This document shows positions 37,625 through 48,494 of a stretch of 64,000 bases of DNA, in pieces; position 1 is the stretch's first letter; each line of letters begins with the position of its first letter. The stretch lies in NCBI GenBank assembly GCA_029262295.1, contig JAJCZR010000050.1:8411-72410 (forward strand), in the 5' to 3' direction. The translations under genes were made by a program, and so were the position numbers. The notes beneath the pieces are model-generated. The model ran no database searches, was not told the origin of the DNA, and saw nothing but the letters and a program-made list of their open reading frames with translations. The stretch is from Deltaproteobacteria bacterium (lineage in GTDB: Bacteria > Desulfobacterota_D > UBA1144 > Nemesobacterales > Nemesobacteraceae).

Positions 37625-38926
37625 CTAAGTTCTTACCTGCCCACCTCCGTAAATAATAAACTTTGATGTTGTCAGCTCTTCCAGCCCCATTGGCCCGAAA
37701 GCATGAAGTTTGGAGGTGCTAATCCCTATTTCAGCTCCGAGGCCCAGCTCAAAACCATCATTAAACCTTGTTGATGCATTTATAATTACTGCTGATGCAT
37801 CAACCCTGTCCAGGAATTTTTGTGAATTTTCGTAATTGCTTGTAACTATTGCCTCTGTGTGCATTGAGCCATATTGAGAAATATGGCTTATTGCATCATC
37901 CATGCTACCAACAATTTTTACATTTAGTATTAAATCGAGATATTCTTTGTGCCAATCATCAGGGGCAACACTGTAAACTGTTGACACGATCTTCCTTGTC
38001 TCCTCACAACCTTTTATTTGTACGCCTTTGTCCACAAAAGACTTTATCATTTTAGGAAGAAACTCTTCGGCAACATTTTTATGTACAAGCATTGTCTCCA
38101 TTGCATTGCAAACACCAGGGCGCTGCACTTTAGCATTTAAGCAAATCTCTTCTGCCATATTAAGGTTGGCAAATTCATCCACATAAGTATGGCAAACACC
38201 TTTATAATGCTTTAGAACAGGTATTCTTGAATTCTCAGAAACAAATCTGATCAGCCCTTCCCCACCTCTTGGAATAATTAGATCAATTTGGTCTTCAAGC
38301 TTTAACATTTCAAGGATTATTTCCCTATCAGTAACTGGAACTACCTGGATTGAATTTTCTGGAAGATTACATTCTACAAGTGCTTCTCTAAGAATCTTTG
38401 AGATTGCAAGATTAGAGTTAATAGTTTCAGAACCACCTCTAAGAATAACGGCATTTCCTGACTTGAGGCAAAGCCCTGCTGCATCGGCTGTAACGTTTGG
38501 GCGAGATTCATAGATTATTCCAATTACACCAAGTGGGATCCTTTTCTTACCAACAAGAAGGCCATTTGGCCTTTTCCACATCTTTGTAACTTCTCCAACC
38601 GGGTCATTTAACTTTGACACTTCAATCAGCCCGACTGCAACTTTTTTAATTCTCTCAGGTGTAAGTCTTAGCCTGTCTATCATTGCATCTGATAAACCTT
38701 TAGATTCAGCATTTTTTACATCAACTTTATTCTCATTTATGAGGATATCTTCATTTTCCACAAGTAATTTGGCCATTAGAAGCAAAGCATCATCTTTTTG
38801 TTTTGAAGGTGATCCTGAAAGCTTAATGGAAGCTTCTTTGGAATTTTTAGCTATATCAAAAATAATTTGTTGAATATTCTTCATATTCACAGGTTTTTTA
38901 GAGACAGTCTCAGACATAAGATACAC
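37625..38926 (-). CDS. proA: Gamma-glutamyl phosphate reductase
   Basis: PLGVIGIIYESRPNVT, PRGGEGLI, VCNAMET, GAEIGIST.KLHA.GPMGL; exact start uncertain. Confidence 0.96.
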   Translation of the reverse strand: MYLMSETVSKKPVNMKNIQQIIFDIAKNSKEASIKLSGSPSKQKDDALLLMAKLLVENEDILINENKVDVKNAESKGLSDAMIDRLRLTPERIKKVAVGLIEVSKLNDPVGEVTKMWKRPNGLLVGKKRIPLGVIGIIYESRPNVTADAAGLCLKSGNAVILRGGSETINSNLAISKILREALVECNLPENSIQVVPVTDREIILEMLKLEDQIDLIIPRGGEGLIRFVSENSRIPVLKHYKGVCHTYVDEFANLNMAEEICLNAKVQRPGVCNAMETMLVHKNVAEEFLPKMIKSFVDKGVQIKGCEETRKIVSTVYSVAPDDWHKEYLDLILNVKIVGSMDDAISHISQYGSMHTEAIVTSNYENSQKFLDRVDASAVIINASTRFNDGFELGLGAEIGISTSKLHAFGPMGLEELTTSKFIIYGGGQVRT

Positions 38927-38992
38927 CTTTTAAAAAGTAATAAATTTTATTATAACTGGAAGGTTAAAGTCAAGATGATGTTTTTAATAAAT

Positions 38993-39940
38993 CTATTTGA
39001 TTTTTTTCAAACTACTAATAAAAAATTTATAGTCTTTAATAGGAATGAAATTTGATTGAGATCTGTGGCTTAATATTAAAAATGTCATAAAAATAGATAT
39101 CAACAAAGACTGAAGAGCAATGATAATAAGTCCAATTATCATTGTTGAAGCCCAGCCTTCTATACTTTGAAAAAGTACAAACTTTTTAAATAATACAACT
39201 AAAGTGCCAATAAAAGAAAGTAGGACAATACCAGCTGAAATAGACATTATTCTTATCCCGACTTTGTCTATATAGATTGAAATTGAACTCAAACCATGAA
39301 GTATCAAATTTTCAAAATTCATTTTTGATATACCTGAATATCTGTTGCCTCTATCGAGCGGAACACTATCAAAAGGAATTTTCGACCTTATAATACCTGC
39401 TGAATAGTGATTCCAAATTTCGGAAATCGAAACGAGCCTTCTTAACAATTTTCCAGGGATTATACTAAAATTACCAAATTGGATGTTTTCTCCGGTAAGA
39501 AGATAGAAAAACAATTTATATGTAGAATAAAATATTTTAAAGAAAAAATCTTCTGTGCGCTTTTTTCTTTTGGCAAAAATTATTTTGTCAGAATTTCTTT
39601 TTTGTGCTTCAATTAGCTTAATTATATCCTCTGGTTTATCTTCCCCATCACTATCCATGACAATAACAGAATCAACTTCAATATTTTCATTTATATAACA
39701 AAGTCCAATAGCAATTGCTCGTTGATGTCCAATATTTCTTGTTAATTCAATAACCTGAAAGCTTTTTATTCTATCTGTATTACAAGTATCACAGACGATT
39801 TTTTCAGTTGAACCATCATTTACAATTACAACACTAATATCTTCTATATTTTCTAGATTTAGTTTTGAGATTTCCTCAAGAAGGAATTCCAAGGATTCCC
39901 AGTCATTATAAACAGGTGTGAGTATGCATATACTATTCAT
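38993..39940 (-). CDS. GT2 polyprenol-phosphate glycosyltransferase (GtrB-like)
   Basis: PVYND, VNDGS, RNIGHQRAI, MDSDGED; two C-terminal TM helices. Confidence 0.85.
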   Translation of the reverse strand: MNSICILTPVYNDWESLEFLLEEISKLNLENIEDISVVIVNDGSTEKIVCDTCNTDRIKSFQVIELTRNIGHQRAIAIGLCYINENIEVDSVIVMDSDGEDKPEDIIKLIEAQKRNSDKIIFAKRKKRTEDFFFKIFYSTYKLFFYLLTGENIQFGNFSIIPGKLLRRLVSISEIWNHYSAGIIRSKIPFDSVPLDRGNRYSGISKMNFENLILHGLSSISIYIDKVGIRIMSISAGIVLLSFIGTLVVLFKKFVLFQSIEGWASTMIIGLIIIALQSLLISIFMTFLILSHRSQSNFIPIKDYKFFISSLKKIK

Positions 39941-39958
39941 TATAAAAATAAATCTGAA

Positions 39959-40891
39959 TTATTTATTTTTGTAGTACCATTCAATTGTAGATTTTAATCC
40001 GTCTGTAAGACTGGTTTTAGATTTAAAACCAAATTCTTTTTGAGCTTTTACAATATCCAGCTTTCTTCTGGGTTGCCCATCAGGTCTTTTCTCATCCCAA
40101 ATAACTTCACCCTCATAACCAACAAGTTTCTTTATTAACCCAACTAAGTCGTTTATTACTATTTCCTCAGAAGAACCGAGATTTACTGGCTCACTACTAT
40201 TATAATTTTCAAGTGCAAGCAAAATACCTTCTGCCGCATCTTCAACATACAAAAACTCTCTTGAAGGAGTGCCGGTACCCCATACAGTTACACTTTCAAG
40301 CTCTTCTTCTTTTGCTTCTACAAACTTCATAATTAAAGCGGGAATTACATGAGAGTGTTCAAGATGAAAGTGATCACCTGGTCCGTAAAGGTTTACAGGA
40401 AGTAAAAATATTGAGTTTAAACCGTACTGTTTTCTATATGATTCGGACTGTACCTGCAGGATTTTTTTGGCAATTCCGTAAGGTGCATTTGTTTCCTCAG
40501 GAAAACCGTTCCAAAGATCATCCTCACTAAAAGGCACTGGTGTAAATTTTGGGTAAGCACATACGGTGCCGACAGCCACAAATTTTTCTATCTCGCACCT
40601 TCTTGCGGCTTCCAGTAACTGAATGCCCATAATAGCATTATCATAGAAAAGTTCGCCAGGATATTTTATGTTATATCCAATACCACCTACCCTTGCAGCA
40701 AGGTGAATTACAATATCTGCACTTTTTACTAGATTATAACAATTTTCCCATACTCTAAGATCATATTCCTTACTTCTTGGAATAATAATGTTTTTATCAT
40801 TGGCACCTCTTTCCTGCAACTTTTGTTTAACAAAAGTACCCAGGAAACCTGCCCCGCCCGTAAGAAGTATTCTTTTTGAGGAAAGATCCAT
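39959..40891 (-). CDS. fcl: GDP-L-fucose synthase
   Basis: TGGAGFLG, HLAARVGGI, YGIAKK, HVIPALI, WGTG...REFLYV, PDGQPR; start moved to ATG 40891. Confidence 0.93.
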   Translation of the reverse strand: MDLSSKRILLTGGAGFLGTFVKQKLQERGANDKNIIIPRSKEYDLRVWENCYNLVKSADIVIHLAARVGGIGYNIKYPGELFYDNAIMGIQLLEAARRCEIEKFVAVGTVCAYPKFTPVPFSEDDLWNGFPEETNAPYGIAKKILQVQSESYRKQYGLNSIFLLPVNLYGPGDHFHLEHSHVIPALIMKFVEAKEEELESVTVWGTGTPSREFLYVEDAAEGILLALENYNSSEPVNLGSSEEIVINDLVGLIKKLVGYEGEVIWDEKRPDGQPRRKLDIVKAQKEFGFKSKTSLTDGLKSTIEWYYKNK

Positions 40892-40895
40892 TTTT

Positions 40896-41939
40896 CTAGT
40901 CGGAATTCCACCATCGATTGGAAAATTTTTCTTTGAGTATTTTATCACCTTCACCCACGGGTTTTAATGATAGTTTCTTCATATCAGCATCAACCATTAT
41001 TTTAAGAAGGTCATCAAAAGTGATTTTTGCTTTCCAGTTAAGGATTTTTTCTGCTTTTTCGGGATCACAAAGAAGACTGTTTACTTCTGTAGGCCTGAAA
41101 TATTTTTCATCTATTTTGACATGTTTATTCCAATCAAGTCCCGCATAATGAAAAGCTTTTTCTACAAATTCAGCTACGCTATGCTGCTCTCCAGTGCCAA
41201 TCACAATATCTGTGGGCTCTTCAAGCTGCATAAGGTTGTACATCACTTCAACATACTCTGGTGCAAAACCCCAGTCTCTTTTAGGTTCAAGGTTTCCAAG
41301 GAAAAGAAAATCCTGATTTCCGGCAAGAATATTCGCAATTGCCCTGGTTATCTTTCTTGTTACAAAACGCTCGCCCCTTCTCGGAGATTCGTGATTAAAT
41401 AAAATCCCACTTATTGCAAAGATATCATAGCCTTCCCTATAATTAACAACTGTCCAGTGAGCATAAAGCTTTGAGCAGGCATATGGGCTTTGCGGTCTAA
41501 AAGAGGTGTTTTCGTTTTGGGGAGGTTTTGCCTCACCAAACATCTCACTGCTTGATGCCTGATAGAATTTACATTTCACACCACTTCTTCTAATGGATTC
41601 AAGTATTCTGAGTGTTCCCAAACCAGTGATATCAGAGCTATACTCCGGAATATCAAAACTTACTTTCACATGGCTTTGAGCACCTAAATGATATATTTCC
41701 TCAGGCTCAATTTCGTAAATAAGGTTGGTTAGATGACTTGAATCCGAAAGGTCACCATAGTGCAGATAAAGTTCAACATTTTGATTGTGCGGATCTGTAT
41801 AAATATGATCTATTCTATCAGTATTGAAATTACTTGATCTTCTTATTATCCCATGGACTTCATAACCTTTTGATAAAAGAAGTTCTGCAAGATAGGAACC
41901 ATCTTGCCCGGTAATTCCTGTTATTAGTGCTTTTTTCAT
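40896..41939 (-). CDS. gmd: GDP-mannose 4,6-dehydratase
   Basis: [35 protein letters not shown]. Confidence 0.97.
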   Translation of the reverse strand: MKKALITGITGQDGSYLAELLLSKGYEVHGIIRRSSNFNTDRIDHIYTDPHNQNVELYLHYGDLSDSSHLTNLIYEIEPEEIYHLGAQSHVKVSFDIPEYSSDITGLGTLRILESIRRSGVKCKFYQASSSEMFGEAKPPQNENTSFRPQSPYACSKLYAHWTVVNYREGYDIFAISGILFNHESPRRGERFVTRKITRAIANILAGNQDFLFLGNLEPKRDWGFAPEYVEVMYNLMQLEEPTDIVIGTGEQHSVAEFVEKAFHYAGLDWNKHVKIDEKYFRPTEVNSLLCDPEKAEKILNWKAKITFDDLLKIMVDADMKKLSLKPVGEGDKILKEKFSNRWWNSD

Positions 41940-41942
41940 TTC

Positions 41943-42881
41943 TTAGAGAATTGTTTTAAAATATTTAATAGCTTCTTTTAACCCGTCTTCAAGATCAACT
42001 TTTGGTTTCCAGTTAAGCTCGTTCTTAGCTTTAGTTATATCAGGTTTTCTTCTCACTGGATCGTTTTCGGGAAGTTCTTTATTAATAATACTTGATTTCG
42101 ATCCTGTAAGCTTAATTATCAGCTCTGCAAGGTCCAGGATTGTTCTTTCATCATCAGGGTTTCCAAGATTAATAGGACCTGTCACTCCTTCCCTTGACTT
42201 CATCATAAGCATAAGGCCTTCTACAAGATCATCAATATAGCAAAAAGAGCGTGTCTGATTCCCATCTCCATAAATAGTTATATCTTCATTATTCAGCGCC
42301 TGAACAATAAAGTTACTTACAACCCTTCCGTCACTCGGATGCATTTTAGGTCCGTAAGTATTAAATATCCTCACAACTTTTATATCGAGGGCATGCTGAC
42401 GGTGGTAATCAAAAAACAAAGTTTCTGCACATCTTTTACCCTCATCATAGCATGATCTTGGGCCAATAGGGTTTACATGGCCCCAATACTCTTCAGTCTG
42501 TGGATGTACTTTGGGATCACCATAAACTTCACTCGTGGATGCTTGAAGTATTCTGCACCTGACCCTTTTTGCGAGGCCAAGCATATTTATTGCCCCTGAC
42601 ACATTTACTTTAGTTGTCTGGACAGGGTCAAACTGATAGTGAACCGGTGATGCTGGACAAGCAAGGTTATATATTTGATCTACTTCCACATAAAGTGGGA
42701 AGCAAATATCATGGCGCATTACTTCAAAAAAATTATTATCTAAAAGATGTGAAATATTTTCTTTTGTGCCGGTATAAAAGTTATCCACACAAAGTACATC
42801 TTCACCTTCTTTAAGGAGTCTCTCACAAAGGTGTGAGCCAATAAAACCTGCCCCACCTGTTACAAGTATTTTCCTTTTCAT
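41943..42881 (-). CDS. uxs: UDP-glucuronate decarboxylase (UDP-xylose synthase)
   Basis: [30 protein letters not shown]. Confidence 0.93.
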   Translation of the reverse strand: MKRKILVTGGAGFIGSHLCERLLKEGEDVLCVDNFYTGTKENISHLLDNNFFEVMRHDICFPLYVEVDQIYNLACPASPVHYQFDPVQTTKVNVSGAINMLGLAKRVRCRILQASTSEVYGDPKVHPQTEEYWGHVNPIGPRSCYDEGKRCAETLFFDYHRQHALDIKVVRIFNTYGPKMHPSDGRVVSNFIVQALNNEDITIYGDGNQTRSFCYIDDLVEGLMLMMKSREGVTGPINLGNPDDERTILDLAELIIKLTGSKSSIINKELPENDPVRRKPDITKAKNELNWKPKVDLEDGLKEAIKYFKTIL

Positions 42882-43484
42882 CTAACCTTTGGGAATTAAC
42901 CCTTTATCTTCGAGGTATGCAACAAGTTCCGCTGTAGAGTCTTCAATAGTCCTGTCTTTGGTTTTAACCGTTATTTCTGCATTCAAAGGTTCTTCATAAG
43001 GATCATCTATACCTGTGAATCCCTTTATAATTCCTTCTCTTGCTTTCTTATAAAGCCCTTTAACATCTCTGTTTTCACACTCTTCTACCGGGCAATCTAC
43101 AAACACTTCAATAAACTCTGCGTCTTCAACAATTTCCCTTATTCTGTCGCGGTCTTTTCTGTAAGGTGAGACAAATGCAGATAAAACCAAAACTCCGGCA
43201 TCAACAAACAGTTTAGAAACCTCACCAATTCTTCTTATATTCTCTTCTCTGTCTTCAGCTGAAAAACCAAGGTCATTACATAGCCCTACCCTTATATTAT
43301 CTCCATCAAGAATATAAGTTCTGATATGGCGCTGTATCAACACCTTTTCAACTTCATTGGCAAGCGTGGATTTACCTGAACTTGGAAGCCCGGTGAACCA
43401 TACAATTACTGATCCGTGTTTATTTAATTTTCTTCTATCTTCTTTTCTAATAAAGTGATCGTGCGGGATTACAAATCTTTCCAT
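42882..43484 (-). CDS. cysC: Adenylyl-sulfate kinase
   Basis: WFTGLPSSGKST, LDGDNIR, DREENIRR, RDVKGLY.KAR, FTGIDDPYE. Confidence 0.96.
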   Translation of the reverse strand: MERFVIPHDHFIRKEDRRKLNKHGSVIVWFTGLPSSGKSTLANEVEKVLIQRHIRTYILDGDNIRVGLCNDLGFSAEDREENIRRIGEVSKLFVDAGVLVLSAFVSPYRKDRDRIREIVEDAEFIEVFVDCPVEECENRDVKGLYKKAREGIIKGFTGIDDPYEEPLNAEITVKTKDRTIEDSTAELVAYLEDKGLIPKG

Positions 43485-43556
43485 GTTATTTAATGCCTCC
43501 TGAATAAAATAGAGTTACAATTTATCATTTTTGGGGAATTATTAAAGTTATTGAAT

Positions 43557-44915
43557 TTAAAACTTCTTATCACGAGACTCCCAGGTACCTTTAAAAGTGA
43601 TCCAGAATGAAAGAAAAATAAGCCTTAAATCCAGAAAAAAGCTTCTCTTTTTTATATACAATCTATCATATCTGAACTTATGTTGTCTCTTTATATCTCT
43701 GGGGGCATATATTTGGGCAATACCTGTTAACCCTGGGACAACGGTGTGCCTCTCTTTATAACCCGGAATATCTTCAATACTAAGGTTCTTACCTTTACTA
43801 TTAGTTTCAATCTCATTAGGTGAAAGTGCCCTTGGGCCAACAAAACTCATATAACCTTTGAATATACTTAAAAGTTGTGGGAGTTCATCCATTGCCGAGC
43901 TTCGTAAAATCTTTCCAATTCTTGTAATTCTCTTGTCATTTTCTTTTGCCTGCAGGGGACCGTAAAGCTCATCTGAATCTTCAATCATTGTCCTGAACTT
44001 ATATGCTGTAAACTCTTGTCCTTGAAGACCTACCCTTTGTTGTTTATAGAACACGGCTCCATTATCTTCAACTTTGATAAGTGCTGCAATTATAATCCAA
44101 AGAGGAAAAGATATGGTTAAACCAAATAAAGATAAAACAACATCAAATATGCGTTTTAATATTGTGTATATATCCACAAATTGAAATAGTTTTCCAAAAG
44201 GTTTTCTTATTATAAGAAGTGGAGAGACATTAAGACCTATTTTTTTACATGACTTGTAACATTCATAGTTTGCCAAAATAATATTTTTAATATTCCTGTT
44301 ACTTGTACCGCCCATTCTCATTCTTACTATTATCTCAGTTAAGTAGTGATTCGATATTCTTTCCTTAAAGAGGAGTTTCACCATTAATGCGTAATCAGAT
44401 GCGATTTTATAACTGAGATCATACATCCCATACTTTTCAAAAATCTTCTTTCTTACATAAAAAGTTGGATGAGGAGGATGCCATCCTTTTCTTAAAAGGC
44501 TAATCTTGAACTCATTTGATTTCCAGTTGCGAATTACTTTATCAGTATCTGATTTGTCCACATAGACTAGATCGCCGTAGCAACTATCAACATCTTTCTT
44601 TTTAAAAACATTAGCTATTTTTGCAACTGTATTTTCATCATAAAAAATATCGTCAGAATTTAAAAAACCTATAATTTCGCCAGTAGATAACTGAACACCC
44701 TTATTCATTGCATCATAAATGCCCAAATCTATTCCTGATATTAGCCTTATTTTAGGATTATTATTTTCTTTAATGATCTTTAGGGTTTTGTCTGTGGATT
44801 CACCGTCGACAATTATATGTTCAATATCTTGGTAAGTCTGAGAATTAACACTATCTATACAATCTTTAATATATTTTTCATTATTGTAAACAACTGTAAT
44901 TACTGAGATTTTCAT
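43557..44915 (-). CDS. Fusion of GT2 glycosyltransferase (WcaE-like) and bacterial sugar (phosphoglycosyl) transferase
   Basis: N: SVITVVYN, GIYDAMNKG, FLNSDD, PPHPT; C: KRIFD, YKFRTM, DELPQL..I.KG.MSFVGPR, PGLTG.AQ. Confidence 0.88.
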   Translation of the reverse strand: MKISVITVVYNNEKYIKDCIDSVNSQTYQDIEHIIVDGESTDKTLKIIKENNNPKIRLISGIDLGIYDAMNKGVQLSTGEIIGFLNSDDIFYDENTVAKIANVFKKKDVDSCYGDLVYVDKSDTDKVIRNWKSNEFKISLLRKGWHPPHPTFYVRKKIFEKYGMYDLSYKIASDYALMVKLLFKERISNHYLTEIIVRMRMGGTSNRNIKNIILANYECYKSCKKIGLNVSPLLIIRKPFGKLFQFVDIYTILKRIFDVVLSLFGLTISFPLWIIIAALIKVEDNGAVFYKQQRVGLQGQEFTAYKFRTMIEDSDELYGPLQAKENDKRITRIGKILRSSAMDELPQLLSIFKGYMSFVGPRALSPNEIETNSKGKNLSIEDIPGYKERHTVVPGLTGIAQIYAPRDIKRQHKFRYDRLYIKKRSFFLDLRLIFLSFWITFKGTWESRDKKF

Positions 44916-44929
44916 TCAACAAGTAAATT

Positions 44930-44966
44930 TCCTCTCCCTTGATGGGAGAGGATTTAGGTGAGGGTG
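44930..44966. repeat. BoxC-like GC-rich palindrome
   Basis: TCCTCTCCC-TTGAT-GGGAGAGGA perfect 9-bp stem plus TTTAGGTGAGGGTG tail. Confidence 0.65.
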
Positions 44967-44973
44967 ATAATAG

Positions 44974-45522
44974 CTACTCAATCACCCTGCTCTTAACAGC
45001 AACAGTCTCATTAGTTTTATAAATAGTATAAGATTCGGTATCTTCAGTAACAATACATCCTGCTGTAATAACACTGTGTGATCTCAATGTAACTCCAGGA
45101 CATATAATTGACTTAGCTCCAATCCATACACCATCTTCAATATTAATTTCACCTGTTATAAGATCAAAAGACTCGGATTTATAGTTATGGTTTCCAGTAC
45201 ATAAATATGAACCCTGCGAGACACAAGCATTATTTCCTATAGATACTTTGGCAAGATTATCTATCCAGACGCCCTCACCTATCCAGCTATTATTACCAAT
45301 CTCTAAAAACCATGGGTACTTAATATTTACATTTGGTTTTATTACTATTCCTTCAGCTACTTTTGCTCCAAAAAACTTTAACAGACTTGTCTTTAAACTG
45401 TTTGGATATGGAACCGAACACTTAAAGAAAAATATGTTTGTCAGGTACCAAAGGGCTCTTTTTAAAGCACTTCCCGGATTGTACCAATTATTAGAAAATT
45501 TACTTAGATCAACTTTTTTCAT
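44974..45522 (-). CDS. wcaF: WcaF-like hexapeptide acetyltransferase
   Basis: VNIKYPW.L.IG..SWIGE.VWIDNL, SQGSYLCTGNH. Confidence 0.88.
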   Translation of the reverse strand: MKKVDLSKFSNNWYNPGSALKRALWYLTNIFFFKCSVPYPNSLKTSLLKFFGAKVAEGIVIKPNVNIKYPWFLEIGNNSWIGEGVWIDNLAKVSIGNNACVSQGSYLCTGNHNYKSESFDLITGEINIEDGVWIGAKSIICPGVTLRSHSVITAGCIVTEDTESYTIYKTNETVAVKSRVIE

Positions 45523-46489
45523 AATATTTAATTGATGATGATAGTTTTTTTGTCGGAAGTTCCGTTAACCTGTACAAGATATATGAAAAAACAATTGATA
45601 TAAAAAGAGCTAAAGCTATAAAAATAATTTTTTCATATAATTGATCTGCATATCTCACTCCCAAATTTATAATTCTGCCTCCAATTGGAACATGAATTAA
45701 ATATAAAGAATAGGATATATCACCTAAAAAATTAAGCACTTTAGAATTACTGTTAAAAACAAAAATTAATGTTATCGCTACAACACCTGCAACTGTCTGT
45801 GGAATACTTAATACGAAATACAAGGTAATGACTGTAAACAGCATTAAGACCACAAATTCTTTTATTTTTATAAGCTCGCAAAAATAAAGAAATGAAAATA
45901 TTCCAAGAAAAAAAAGAGGAGTAAACCTGAAAAATAGTCCCTGGATATTAAATATATAGTTTGCAGAAATACATAATAAAAAGATTACTAATGCATAATA
46001 TTTATTTTTTAGAAGGCCAAACAGTACTCCACAAAAAATATAAAACTGTATCTCAATAGCAAGGGTCCAAAATACAGGATTGATCCATGAGTAACCTAGG
46101 AGTTCTGAAAAATAAGTAAGATTTGAAAGTATTAACCCAAAACCATATTCAACTGATTCATCTCTATAAAAAGGCATCAATGATGATATAAAGTGAAGAA
46201 AAATATAAATAAAAACCGATGCAAAAAATGCGGGATAAATTCTAATTAATCTTTTTTTAGCAAATATTAAAAATTTGGAAAGTTTATATCTTCCTCTGTA
46301 TAGAGAATAAGGAATTATAAAACCAGATATTACAAAGAACATCTCCACACCAAGCCATCCGTATTTTCCACTTGATTTAAGAAGACCTTCATCTAAAAAG
46401 TTGGAGTTACCATTAGTAAAATGAAACCAGCAAACAAAAAGAGATGCCAACCCCCTTAAAACATTCACACTTGTGATCTGTTTTTTCAT
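45509..46489 (-). CDS. Acyltransferase-3 family O-acyltransferase
   Basis: LRGLA, GVEMFFVISGF, R..RIYP, WTLAIEIQFY, LGDISYSLYLIH. Confidence 0.9.
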   Translation of the reverse strand: MKKQITSVNVLRGLASLFVCWFHFTNGNSNFLDEGLLKSSGKYGWLGVEMFFVISGFIIPYSLYRGRYKLSKFLIFAKKRLIRIYPAFFASVFIYIFLHFISSLMPFYRDESVEYGFGLILSNLTYFSELLGYSWINPVFWTLAIEIQFYIFCGVLFGLLKNKYYALVIFLLCISANYIFNIQGLFFRFTPLFFLGIFSFLYFCELIKIKEFVVLMLFTVITLYFVLSIPQTVAGVVAITLIFVFNSNSKVLNFLGDISYSLYLIHVPIGGRIINLGVRYADQLYEKIIFIALALFISIVFSYILYRLTELPTKKLSSSIKYYEKS

Positions 46490-47340
46490 TTAGGGGTGTT
46501 ATTCTTTTTCAATTCATAAATTTTTGCATCCACTAAGAACCTGAACCAAAGTGCATGTAGAAAATGAAATATTAATCCCTGTTTACCATCAAGAAATCCC
46601 AATCTTATGATGTATCTGTAAAAGAAATACAGGAATGGTCTTAAAAAAGGAGGAAGTTTATAAAAGATAGATTTATTCTGGCTAATTCTTTGATCCGGAG
46701 AGCCTTTAGTAGAGGCCTTACCCGAACTTCCATTTTTCTTTGTGTATTCAAGTGCAAACCTTTCTGCATATTTAATGTGTTTGTCTGTCCAGAATGAAAG
46801 ATCATCTTCCTTATGGTTTTCTTCAATAATATCGTTATTTAGAAGCTTCGTTCTCCCATCTATATAAAAGTGATGGTCTACAAGTTCATCTGAATCAATT
46901 CTGACTTTATCTTTTTTGAATATTTTAAGCAGATATTTAGGATAAAAACCACCATATCTGATCCACTTACCCATAAAAATATATTTTCTTTTTACATACA
47001 AACCGTGAACATCTTCAGGAAGAACAGGAAATAGACTTTCAAGTTCACTCCAAAGCTCTTTTGTAATAGTCTGGTCAGAATCAAGCCCAAATATCCACTC
47101 GGTCTCAATAGATAGGTTTTCTAATGCCCAAAGCCATTGCTTAGAATGAGTCTCAAATTCGTGTTGTAACACATCTACATTATTGAATTTATTAGCTATT
47201 TCCAGTGTTTTGTCGTCTGAGTATGAATCAACAATATAAATATTATTAACATAATTTGTAATACTTTTAAGGCATTTTTCGATATTTAATTCTTCGTTAT
47301 ATGTGAGAATAATTACTGAAATTGGGAGTTTTGGTTTCAT
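46486..47340 (-). CDS. GT2 glycosyltransferase
   Basis: SVIILTYNEE, VDSYS.D.T, LGFLDGKQG. Confidence 0.9.
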   Translation of the reverse strand: MKPKLPISVIILTYNEELNIEKCLKSITNYVNNIYIVDSYSDDKTLEIANKFNNVDVLQHEFETHSKQWLWALENLSIETEWIFGLDSDQTITKELWSELESLFPVLPEDVHGLYVKRKYIFMGKWIRYGGFYPKYLLKIFKKDKVRIDSDELVDHHFYIDGRTKLLNNDIIEENHKEDDLSFWTDKHIKYAERFALEYTKKNGSSGKASTKGSPDQRISQNKSIFYKLPPFLRPFLYFFYRYIIRLGFLDGKQGLIFHFLHALWFRFLVDAKIYELKKNNTPK

Positions 47341-47346
47341 ATTATT

Positions 47347-48492
47347 CTACTGTGTCAAAACCTGATTATACATATCAATCAATTTTTCCGTGACAACTTT
47401 ATTTGTATAGTTTTTCTTAACCAAATTTCTTCCATTAATCCCAAATTCTTTTCTCTCCCTTTCATTTTCAAGTATTGAAACAAATGAGTTATAAATAGAA
47501 TCTGAGGTCAAATCACAGATCCAACCGGCTGAAGCAGATGAAATTTCTTTCCATAAATTGACATTTTGAGTAGTTAAGACTGGCACTTCCATTGCCATTG
47601 CTTCAATTAAACAGAGACCAAAATTTTCCTGGTATGAGGGGAGCACAAGTAATTTCGTATTAGAAATAAGATTCTTTTTATCTATGTCTTTCATCCACCC
47701 TGTGAAAACAACATTTCTACCTGCTATCTTTTTAATTTTTTCCACATAATCCTTTTCTCCATCACCTGCAATTATAAGCTTTAAATTCTTAAACCTTTCA
47801 TTATCAGCCAGTTTATTGAAAGCCTCTATTAAAAGCTCTAATCCCTTTTTGTGATGTATTCTGGACAGAAAAAAAATATAATCATCATCAATTCCATACT
47901 TTCTTAAAATATCAGATCCATTCTTGAAATTAAAAAAGCTCTCATCCACTGAAAGCGGAATAACAAAACCATTTTTATTATTGATACTGTTTTCTGCCAA
48001 TTCCCTTTCTTTTTCAGTTGTATAATGAATCATTGAAGCATTATTTATCATTTTGGTAACATACAATTTAAATAAAAACTCTTTTAGTATTTTTTTTTGC
48101 TTTAAGCTCCACGGATCAAGTGAACCTAAAGGTCTTAGAATATAAGGCACTTTTAATCTTATACACGCCTTAGATGCGGCAATGCTTGAATGGGAAAAGA
48201 CAGCATGGATATGAACAAGATCATATTCTGAAACATTTTCATTAAGCCAGTTCTCAAGAGGTTTTGAATATTTAAAGGCTTCACTGAACTGTTTTTTGAA
48301 AAAGATTGTATCTATTTCTTCATATTTAAAATCTTTATTTAATGGATATTTATTTTTAGGAAAACCAGCATTGGTTGAAGCAATTTTCGTTTCAATTCTA
48401 TTCTCGTTAAGATTCTGACAAATTTGAAGGATAACTTTGCTTGGGCCACCATATTCAGGAGCAATTGCAGGTATTACATGTAAAATATTCAA
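47347..48492 (-). CDS. GT4 glycosyltransferase
   Basis: YGGPS, FLSRIHHKKG, ENFGL.LIEAMA. Confidence 0.9.
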   Translation of the reverse strand: MNILHVIPAIAPEYGGPSKVILQICQNLNENRIETKIASTNAGFPKNKYPLNKDFKYEEIDTIFFKKQFSEAFKYSKPLENWLNENVSEYDLVHIHAVFSHSSIAASKACIRLKVPYILRPLGSLDPWSLKQKKILKEFLFKLYVTKMINNASMIHYTTEKERELAENSINNKNGFVIPLSVDESFFNFKNGSDILRKYGIDDDYIFFLSRIHHKKGLELLIEAFNKLADNERFKNLKLIIAGDGEKDYVEKIKKIAGRNVVFTGWMKDIDKKNLISNTKLLVLPSYQENFGLCLIEAMAMEVPVLTTQNVNLWKEISSASAGWICDLTSDSIYNSFVSILENERERKEFGINGRNLVKKNYTNKVVTEKLIDMYNQVLTQ

Positions 48493-48494
48493 AC

